Under the pieces are notes generated by a model. That model did no database searches, was not told the DNA's origin, and saw only the letters and a program-made list of their open reading frames with translations. This document shows positions 57,868 through 64,000 of a DNA stretch of 64,000 nt, piece after piece (the first letter of the stretch is position 1; each line of letters opens with the position of its first letter). The position numbers and the translations under genes are program-made. This DNA is from a virus, in the IMG/VR virus record IMGVR_UViG_3300017780_005043; one strand, 5' to 3'.

Positions 57868-58029
57868 TTAAAAAAGTTCTTCAATTAAATCTATCAAAGG
57901 CTTGTCGCTATGTCCTGCTAAGTATTGAAGGAAAACAAATTGAATGTTCAATACATTCGGTTCTATTCCTTTCTTTGTCAATAGCTGAAGGATTGCCTGT
58001 TTAATCGTATCTGTTGTTTCGTTTTCCAT
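57868..58029 (-). CDS. small hypothetical protein (53 aa)
   Basis: Hand-translated MENETTDTIKQAILQLLTKKGIEPNVLNIQFVFLQYLAGHSDKPLIDLIEELF. Confidence 0.3.
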   Translation of the reverse strand: MENETTDTIKQAILQLLTKKGIEPNVLNIQFVFLQYLAGHSDKPLIDLIEELF

Positions 58030-58076
58030 TTATTTTTTAAATCCCCTGCAAAGGTTAGATTGCAGGGGTTTAACTA

Positions 58077-58847
58077 TTACTGTACAGGTTTAAATAAAAC
58101 AGGTGCATTACCGTATAAAGGTGTTTTACCATCCCATTTTTCTACAAATTGCTGCTGAACGAGTAAAGGTGTTAATGAGCGCATCTTTAGCTCATATGCT
58201 TCTTTCTGCGCTCTCGCTACTATAATAGTTCTTTGAGCCTCAATGCTATCTCTTACAAGTTTGTTTCTGCTTTCCATAGCCTGCTGAACCGCCTTGTTTT
58301 TATCATTGATAGCATTTACAATAGTAGACGGGTATTTCAAACCGCTGGTCAACTGCTCTAAGTGAAACCCTTCTAACTCCAATGCTTTAGATAGTGATTT
58401 TTGAACATCGTTTTCAAATTGCTCACGATTACTAACTATTTCATCAGTAGTGTACTTATTCATCTGAAGCCTAAAAGCATCTTTCACATAGTTAAACAAT
58501 GTGGTTTGAGCCACTTCCTCTAAATCTTTTCTGTATTTCTTGAATATAGAAGGTGAATGTCCTGCTATTACAGCAAAAGATAAAGTTGGGTCAACGGTGA
58601 AAGAACTTCCGTCTTTAGCGTTTACATCAAATGCGTTGTAATCTAAAGTTTGAACAAAAGTAGGTATTTCATAAACATCTTCAGTCCACGGGTTGTACCA
58701 AACTCTACCTGTAACCAAGTTAACATCCTGAACTCCTTTATCAGTTCCGTACTGTTTAACTAAGATTCCTTCATGACCTGCATCTACTCTTGTACATGAT
58801 GCTAATGTAGCGATAAAAATAATCGCAATTAATAATTGATTTTTCAT
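58077..58847 (-). CDS. SPFH/Band-7 (prohibitin/stomatin-like) domain lipoprotein
   Basis: Signal peptide plus lipobox LASC, SPFH-like beta-rich region and a long Ala/Gln-rich helix (QQAMESRNKLVRDSIEAQRTIIVARAQKEAYELKMRS). Confidence 0.5.
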   Translation of the reverse strand: MKNQLLIAIIFIATLASCTRVDAGHEGILVKQYGTDKGVQDVNLVTGRVWYNPWTEDVYEIPTFVQTLDYNAFDVNAKDGSSFTVDPTLSFAVIAGHSPSIFKKYRKDLEEVAQTTLFNYVKDAFRLQMNKYTTDEIVSNREQFENDVQKSLSKALELEGFHLEQLTSGLKYPSTIVNAINDKNKAVQQAMESRNKLVRDSIEAQRTIIVARAQKEAYELKMRSLTPLLVQQQFVEKWDGKTPLYGNAPVLFKPVQ

Positions 58848-58863
58848 ACTGTTATTTTAAATT

Positions 58864-59112
58864 TTATTTAATTAATTTTTTGGCTAAATACGCTCCTAAA
58901 AATATATTTCCTCCTATCAATACACTAAGCAATGCAATACCTGCTAAAAAAGCAACATCACTCGGTTGATTAATAAGTTCTGTCATTTGATTGAAAAGAA
59001 TCATCTCAATAACAATTAATATTGGTAGTGCTGTAATGATTGATATTAAAATTATCTTTTTAGTTTTCATCAGATTCAAAATTATTTGAAGGAAGTTCTT
59101 CTTCACCAACAA
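58864..59112 (-). CDS. small membrane protein (2 TM)
   Basis: 82 aa. Confidence 0.4.
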   Translation of the reverse strand: MLVKKNFLQIILNLMKTKKIILISIITALPILIVIEMILFNQMTELINQPSDVAFLAGIALLSVLIGGNIFLGAYLAKKLIK

Positions 59113-59605
59113 AAGTAGAAATTTTCTCTTCTCTTGCTTTATCTTCTAAATTATTTTGCTCTTCATTTTCTTTTTCAGAACTATTCAATTCCAAGTTCTC
59201 GAAAACATCATCTAAAGCCACTTTAGCAACTGCAACAACCTCTGAATTTACAACACTACCGCTAAAACGGTCTTTAATCTTCTTCATTGTTTCTTCAATG
59301 TCGTTCGCTTGAACCAAGAAAATTTCTTTTCCTTTCTTCTCCTTACCACTATCAGTATCAGCAAATACCGTTTGGATAGTTACTTTGTAGTAGAAGTCTT
59401 TCGTTTCATCAATAACAGTATCGTTTACATTTGAACGGCTAATTGATTCCATCTTATACTCATCAATGAACCCTTTTAGCTTTTCTGCTAATTGTGTTTC
59501 TGCTTCAATGAATCCTGTATCTTTTACTAGGAATTGTCCTTTGATTGATTGGATAGTACCATTAGGCAATTGCGTAAGGTAACTAATTTTGATTTGGAAG
59601 TACAT
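59060..59605 (-). CDS. hypothetical protein
   Basis: 181 aa with an acidic C-terminus. Confidence 0.4.
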   Translation of the reverse strand: MYFQIKISYLTQLPNGTIQSIKGQFLVKDTGFIEAETQLAEKLKGFIDEYKMESISRSNVNDTVIDETKDFYYKVTIQTVFADTDSGKEKKGKEIFLVQANDIEETMKKIKDRFSGSVVNSEVVAVAKVALDDVFENLELNSSEKENEEQNNLEDKAREEKISTFVGEEELPSNNFESDEN

Positions 59606-59607
59606 GA

Positions 59608-59817
59608 TTATACTGTTTCTTTTATTTTTAATCTTTTTACTAATTTTTCTACCGACAAAGAGTTTGAAGAGTGAAAGTAGCCATCATAGACTACTTTCAC
59701 ATTTTCTTTGGTTACAGGTAGGTTTTCGCTTGCTAAACAAGCCTTGATTTTTTGTTCTAAAAAATCTCCTAGAGTAGCCATACTATTTTTTCGCTTTAGC
59801 AGTTTTAACTTTAGCAA
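59608..59817 (-). CDS. hypothetical protein
   Basis: 69 aa; start possibly at the internal MATLGDF. Confidence 0.35.
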   Translation of the reverse strand: MLKLKLLKRKNSMATLGDFLEQKIKACLASENLPVTKENVKVVYDGYFHSSNSLSVEKLVKRLKIKETV

Positions 59818-60133
59818 CTACTTTTTTTGCAGCTACTTTCTTAGTTGCTTTTTTAGCAACCACTTTAGCTACTTTTTTAGCTTTTGCTTTAGGTGCTTCT
59901 ACTGAAACTGAAATAATTTTAGGAGCTACATTTTTACCTGAAATGTACGGAGCTTTTAACGCTGGTTTTGCAACCTCTTTAGCTTTAGCAGAAACTTTCT
60001 TAGTCACTTCTTCCGCAACTTTAACCGCTTTTTTGCTTGCTTTAACTGTTTTAGCAACTACTTTTTTTGTTGCTTTCTTTACTACTTTAGTAGCTTTCTT
60101 TGCCGATTTAACGGCTTTTTTCACTGTTACCAT
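59783..60133 (-). CDS. histone H1-like Lys/Ala/Val-rich basic protein
   Basis: 116 aa consisting almost entirely of K/A/V/T. Its first 30 codons are about 90% identical in DNA to the 5' end of DGR target gene 63351..63866. Confidence 0.5.
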   Translation of the reverse strand: MVTVKKAVKSAKKATKVVKKATKKVVAKTVKASKKAVKVAEEVTKKVSAKAKEVAKPALKAPYISGKNVAPKIISVSVEAPKAKAKKVAKVVAKKATKKVAAKKVVAKVKTAKAKK

Positions 60134-60163
60134 TTTGATTTATTATGATTGATTAATTGATTA

Positions 60164-60463
60164 CTAAAATTTTAATTCGTGTATTTGGTCTTTTATTTCT
60201 CTAAGTTTCATTACATCTTCGTAGCGTTCTTCTTTGATTGCATTGTGCATTTGAACTTCTATTGGCTCTCCTACCTTCTGCATAGTTATAAAGTATGTTT
60301 TAGCCCCAAATAATCTGTATTTCCTTTCAGCGTATTTATTTATTAAAACAAATCCTAGCTTTAAATAGTGGTTATACAGAATGTTTATTTGTTCAAATTT
60401 TACCGATTCAATAGTTACTATTAAATCTTTGTATTGGTTGAAAGGAAACATATTCATATTCAT
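60164..60463 (-). CDS. hypothetical protein
   Basis: 99 aa; ATGA overlap. Confidence 0.4.
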   Translation of the reverse strand: MNMNMFPFNQYKDLIVTIESVKFEQINILYNHYLKLGFVLINKYAERKYRLFGAKTYFITMQKVGEPIEVQMHNAIKEERYEDVMKLREIKDQIHELKF

Positions 60464-61659
60464 TATTTCAGATTTTTTGTATTATCATGAATGTAAGCAA
60501 CAACCTTATTTATTAAGGTTCTTGAGTTGTCAATGATTTTCTGTGAATCGGCTCTTTTCAATGTTGGGAATTTTATTTCCATTAATTCTTTGGCAAACAT
60601 AAGCATTTTTTGTTTATCAGTTGCAAGATTTTCTTTATTTTTTTCTTGTTCCTGCAATTTTATTTTTTCTTCCTCTGCTTTTTTCGCTGCATTTTCAGCA
60701 TCTTGTTTCGCTTTTAACTCTGCTTGTACCTTATCTCTTTCCGCTTGTAATGCTTCATTCTTTTTCTTTTCTTCGTCAAGTGCTTTTTGTGCTGCTGCTT
60801 TTATTCTGTTTGCTTCAGCTAAGGCTTCTACCTTCATCAATTCCTTTCTTTTTTCTTGCTCATTGAAAATCACTTTCTTATCCTGAAACAACTGCTCGAA
60901 ATCATCATCACTTAATAACACTATATCTGTGTCGTGAATATAATTAACTGTTCTTAGCAGCATATTTCTTTCATTCCTTACTAACTGTACTGCTTTTTCT
61001 TTCTCTTCTCTCTCCTTAGCCTCCGCTTTCAATCTCTCAATCTCTACTCTTTGTCTTTCCTTCTCTTCTGCTTCTAACTTAGCCTTAGCCTCTGCTTCTT
61101 CTTTAGCTTTTTGTTCAGCTAATATCTTGGCTTCGTGTGCTTGCTTCAAAGTTCCGTATAGTGAATCGAATGATTCTTGCGAAAGTTCACCTAAGTTGAA
61201 TAATTCCGCATCATTGCTGTATTGGCTCACTAATCTTACTCTCTCTCCTTTCAATGCTTCACGCTCTTTCTTTTCTTGAATCTCGGCAAACTTCTCTTGC
61301 TGCTCTAAGTGTTCTTCTAGTGGTATTATTTTACCTTCAATGAAGTTGTATATGCCCTGCACCGCTTTGTTGTATCGGTTAGAATCTTCTTTTAATGCTT
61401 TGCGCACTTTATCGGCTTCTACCCTTACTGCTCTCAATGCTAAACGTGCTTCCCTAGCATCACGCATCTTTGCTTTTTCCGTAGCATCCACCACTACTAA
61501 TCCTTCTGCTTTTTTCTTCCATTGTTCCATATCAGCAATGAATGGTTCAAACTTCTCTTTTATTAGTTGGCTTGTAGAAGAGTTAATCTCTAATCCTGTT
61601 TCTGTAATGATTGTTACCAAGTTGCTTGGTGTTAAATCTATTTTTGTTTCTGTGTTCAT
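60463..61659 (-). CDS. coiled-coil Glu/Lys/Ala-rich protein
   Basis: 398 aa with long EAKAKLEAEEKERQR-type heptads. Confidence 0.4.
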   Translation of the reverse strand: MNTETKIDLTPSNLVTIITETGLEINSSTSQLIKEKFEPFIADMEQWKKKAEGLVVVDATEKAKMRDAREARLALRAVRVEADKVRKALKEDSNRYNKAVQGIYNFIEGKIIPLEEHLEQQEKFAEIQEKKEREALKGERVRLVSQYSNDAELFNLGELSQESFDSLYGTLKQAHEAKILAEQKAKEEAEAKAKLEAEEKERQRVEIERLKAEAKEREEKEKAVQLVRNERNMLLRTVNYIHDTDIVLLSDDDFEQLFQDKKVIFNEQEKRKELMKVEALAEANRIKAAAQKALDEEKKKNEALQAERDKVQAELKAKQDAENAAKKAEEEKIKLQEQEKNKENLATDKQKMLMFAKELMEIKFPTLKRADSQKIIDNSRTLINKVVAYIHDNTKNLK

Positions 61660-61886
61660 GCTTTTATTTTTTCTAAATGGTTTTTCAAATCTACTATTCT
61701 ACTTATTGCATCGTTATACATCTTTTGGCTATCACAGGTCAAAATCAAATCTCTATGTGAATCGCAAAACTTTTTAATGTCGGTTATCTTTGCTTCGGTC
61801 TTGAATTGAATTTCTCCTTCAATAGTTCTGCAACGTTCAATGTACGCTAAGATATTAACTTCTTTGCCGTGTCGCTTAATTTCCAT
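61656..61886 (-). CDS. hypothetical protein
   Basis: 76 aa. Confidence 0.35.
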   Translation of the reverse strand: MEIKRHGKEVNILAYIERCRTIEGEIQFKTEAKITDIKKFCDSHRDLILTCDSQKMYNDAISRIVDLKNHLEKIKA

Positions 61887-61888
61887 AT

Positions 61889-62224
61889 CTAAGAAAATTC
61901 AAAATGTTCGTTTTCTTTTATTATCACCGTTGAAAAAGGAAATCCTTCTTTCGGCACTTTCTCAATAGTTTCTATCAAAATCTTAGAGCCACTAAAAAGG
62001 ATGAACTTTATTCCATTCATTGAGATTTGAAGATACAAACACTTAGGATGCTTTTCTTTGAATTTAGAATCTGCCACTTTATAATCATGAACTACAATGC
62101 TTCTATTCAAAACTTTATCCATCTTGATTTTATCTCCTGAAAATCCACTCGATTCTATCTTTATGCCAAAATCACTAAACTTTTTCATGAAGCAATTTTC
62201 TTTCAAGGTTAATACAGTTGGCAT
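61889..62224 (-). CDS. hypothetical protein downstream of the RT (not Avd-like; start likely the internal MKKFSDF)
   Basis: Beta-rich; overlaps the RT 3' end by 50 nt unless the later start is used. Confidence 0.35.
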   Translation of the reverse strand: MPTVLTLKENCFMKKFSDFGIKIESSGFSGDKIKMDKVLNRSIVVHDYKVADSKFKEKHPKCLYLQISMNGIKFILFSGSKILIETIEKVPKEGFPFSTVIIKENEHFEFS

Positions 62225-63134
62225 GAGAAGTCCAACCCCTGTAAGAGGCTATTGATTGCTTATTTTTATTTTTAGCTAACATCTTTGCGAAATTTTTCTT
62301 AATTCCTTTTCTCAATAGAGTATGCGTATGATAAAACTTGTATCCTACAAAATCAATACCTCTTACTTGTACTGGGAATATTTGGTAATTATTCTTAATA
62401 CTTAATTTTAAGCGAAGTTCTAAATATTCTTTCACTTCACCAAACAATTTATGTAAAAATTCTTTGTTTGATGAAAGTATTACAATGTCATCGGCATATC
62501 TGAAATAGTATTTAACTCCTTTTTGTTCCTTCATCCAATGGTCGAAATACGATAGATAAAAGTTAGCAAGGTACTGTGAAAGGTAGTTCCCAATAGGAAG
62601 TCCTTCGGCTGAATCTATAATCTCATCAAATAGCCAAAGCAAATCTTTATCCTTAAACTTTTTTCTAATCAAGCATTTTAAAACATTGTGGTCAATAGAA
62701 GGATAGAACTTTGTAATATCAAACTTTAAGCAGTATTTAGTATTCTCAACATCCTTCAAAGATATTTTCACATTGTTGGCTGCATCGTGAATACCTCTAT
62801 TTTTGATACAACTGTACGTATCTCTTACGAAGTTAGATACAAATATTGGTTCAAGAACATTCATTATTGCGTGATGAGTAATTCTATCGGGATAATAAGG
62901 CAGTCTGAAAACTAATCTCTCTTTTGGCTCAAAAACTTTAAATGTAGTGTAAGGTGAAGTTTTGTATTTCTTATCAACCAAGAATTTATGAAGATTTAAA
63001 ATATTTTCCTCTCTATTCTTATCGTGTTGGATAATTCCATACTGTTTCTTCTTTCCTTTTCTTGCTTTTTTATCAGCAAGAATTAAGTTTTCTATACTAC
63101 AAATCCTTTCGTATAAGTTTCCTATTCGTTTCAT
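62175..63134 (-). CDS. diversity-generating retroelement (DGR) reverse transcriptase
   Basis: RT motifs 1-7. DGR-specific GLPIGNYLSQYLANFYL (I-G-x-x-x-S-Q in place of the QGxxxSP of group II introns and retrons) and the YADD catalytic box (YFRYADDIVIL). Adjacent TR/VR pair with adenine-only differences. Confidence 0.85.
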   Translation of the reverse strand: MKRIGNLYERICSIENLILADKKARKGKKKQYGIIQHDKNREENILNLHKFLVDKKYKTSPYTTFKVFEPKERLVFRLPYYPDRITHHAIMNVLEPIFVSNFVRDTYSCIKNRGIHDAANNVKISLKDVENTKYCLKFDITKFYPSIDHNVLKCLIRKKFKDKDLLWLFDEIIDSAEGLPIGNYLSQYLANFYLSYFDHWMKEQKGVKYYFRYADDIVILSSNKEFLHKLFGEVKEYLELRLKLSIKNNYQIFPVQVRGIDFVGYKFYHTHTLLRKGIKKNFAKMLAKNKNKQSIASYRGWTSHANCINLERKLLHEKV

Positions 63135-63227
63135 TTTGCTTTATTTTTTGTCTTTTTCGGTTGCCCTACCAAAGCCAATCAATTAATGTTTATTTTTTGC
63201 CAAGAGGCAAGGTTTGCACTACCTACT

Positions 63228-63306
63228 ATTTAAAGCATAGGTGAGAGCTGACATTCGTATTCGTATTCCAATTGTCGTAATTCGAGTTAGAAAAACCGAA
63301 GCCTGA
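63228..63306 (-). repeat. DGR template repeat (TR), 79 bp
   Basis: Identical to VR1 at 67 of 79 positions; all 12 mismatches sit at plus-strand T, i.e. coding-strand A. The coding strand carries AAT/AAC-rich codons (AATTACGACAATTGGAATACGAATACGAAT). Confidence 0.85.
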
Positions 63307-63350
63307 ATCGAAAGAAAACAGAACTCGGCAGCGCACAACCTTTCGCTCAA

Positions 63351-63866
63351 TTAGAGCACCCACTCCTTGTAAAGAGAAGCGATTTTTTCACTATTTATTG
63401 CATGAAGGACTAACTCTATTGATTTAAAGCAAAGGCGAGAGCCGACATCCGTATCCGCACCCCAATCGACGTAAGTCGAGTTAGAAAAACCGAAGCCCGA
63501 AGAGTTAATCTCAAACCAAGCAAAATATTTATATTCATTGTAATTATCCCAATTAGGAGTCCAACCTTCATTTAGTGCTTTAGCTATAATAATTAGCTTG
63601 TAATAAGCTACTATTGATTTTTGGTGTTCTTCAGGTAGTGCATCTACCAATGGAAGTTTTTTAGAGTTTATTTTCAACACTTTACAAGCATCTTCAAAGG
63701 ATTTTACTCTTTCTATAATAGGAAGAATTTTAACCTCTTTTTTATCAGCAACTTTCATCGCTTTCTTAGTTACTTTAGCTGTTTTAGCAACTACTTTTTT
63801 TGTTGCTTTTGTTGCTACTTTAGTAGATTTCTTTACCGATTTAACGGCTTTTTTCTTTGTTTTCAT
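63351..63866 (-). CDS. DGR target protein 1 (H1-like Lys-rich N-terminus; C-terminal VR-containing domain)
   Basis: VR encodes SSGFGFSNSTYVDWGADTDVGSRLCFKS about 25 aa from the C-terminus. The TR template would encode SGFGFSNSNYDNWNTNTNVSSHLCFK. Confidence 0.7.
   Translation of the reverse strand: MKTKKKAVKSVKKSTKVATKATKKVVAKTAKVTKKAMKVADKKEVKILPIIERVKSFEDACKVLKINSKKLPLVDALPEEHQKSIVAYYKLIIIAKALNEGWTPNWDNYNEYKYFAWFEINSSGFGFSNSTYVDWGADTDVGSRLCFKSIELVLHAINSEKIASLYKEWVL
63423..63501 (-). repeat. DGR variable repeat 1 (VR1)
   Basis: See TR. 12 of 23 template adenines are substituted; 0 of 56 non-A positions are changed. Confidence 0.85.
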
Positions 63867-63903
63867 TTTATTACATTTTAAAATTGTTTGTTTTCTCTAT
63901 TTT

Positions 63904-64000
63904 TTACTTGTCGGAAAACAAGTCATTATATTCTTTTCTGAATTGCTCTCCTGCATAAATTGATAATTCTTTTGATTTAAAGCAAAGGCGAGAGCCGACA
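63904..64000 (-). CDS. DGR target protein 2, C-terminal fragment (gene continues beyond the window end)
   Basis: Reading the minus strand from VR2 gives ...FKSKELSIYAGEQFRKEYNDLFSDK, then stop at 63904-63906. The FKS junction is identical to target 1. Confidence 0.5.
   Translation of the reverse strand, partial: VGSRLCFKSKELSIYAGEQFRKEYNDLFSDK
63976..64000 (-). repeat. DGR variable repeat 2 (VR2), 3' end only
   Basis: TTTAAAGCAAAGGCGAGAGCCGACA is identical to the VR1 3' end and differs from TR at the same 3 adenine positions. Confidence 0.7.

Larger units (their letters stand above)
62175..64000 (-). mobile_element. DGR cassette: target2(VR2) - target1(VR1) - TR - RT, all on the minus strand
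   Basis: Synthesis of the features above. Confidence 0.8.

Noticed and set aside
62175-63134. Reverse transcriptase as a retron or group II intron RT
   Set aside because: No intron RNA domains or maturase/endonuclease domains, and no msr/msd-like inverted repeats. The I-G-x-x-x-S-Q motif plus the flanking TR/VR pair with A-only mismatches point specifically to a DGR.
1-64000. tRNA, rRNA and CRISPR scan
   Set aside because: No GGTTCGAnTCC-type T-loops or cloverleaf candidates in any intergenic gap. No regularly spaced direct repeats of 25-40 bp with unique spacers. The tandem repeat at 1697-1970 is coding and hexameric, not CRISPR.

Overview
This low-GC window (~32%, Bacteroidota-like codon usage) looks like a contiguous piece of a large lytic phage/virus genome. 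Almost every gene is on the minus strand except a short plus-strand block at 1-5140. Reading left to right, the window holds the following blocks:

1. **1-5140 (+)**: small early-type genes. They include a minimal NPPY amino-methyltransferase, a mosaic three-member paralog family, a DUF551-like protein and a Gly-rich tandem-repeat protein.
2. **5130-10984 (-)**: a glycan/methylation module with a GT25 and a GT2 glycosyltransferase, an FkbM-type methyltransferase and further GT-A/MTase-like ORFs.
3. **12365-36235 (-)**: one long operon of about 23 kb. It starts at a small P-loop ATPase and runs through a beta-rich capsid candidate, at least 14 predicted membrane proteins, Gly/Thr/Ser-rich spike/fibre proteins, a GH73 glucosaminidase lysin and holin-like small membrane proteins, and ends at a clean rho-independent terminator. 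The membrane proteins include a tail-anchored family that shares an MKVITTNR N-terminus. The window contains no recognisable portal, large terminase, HK97 capsid, tail tube or tape-measure protein.
4. **40455-51027 (-)**: three giant multidomain, polyvalent-type proteins of 860, 987 and 1663 aa. They are punctuated by a recurring [FM]-x-[DEK]-G-G-[NSV]-[IV] motif. The largest carries a GNAT domain and an HExxH zincin domain.
5. **51017-62224 (-)**: an HNH homing endonuclease, a standalone GNAT paralog, a PD-(D/E)xK exonuclease, an SPFH-domain lipoprotein, a histone-H1-like Lys/Ala-rich protein and small Zn-ribbon proteins.
6. **62175-64000 (-)**: a complete diversity-generating retroelement (DGR). 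It comprises a DGR-type reverse transcriptase, a 79-bp template repeat, a variable repeat (VR1) at the C-terminus of a target gene, and a second variable repeat (VR2) in a second target gene cut off by the window edge.

TR and VR1 differ at 12 positions, all of them at template adenines on the coding strand. No avd gene is adjacent to the cassette. I found no tRNA, rRNA or CRISPR array.
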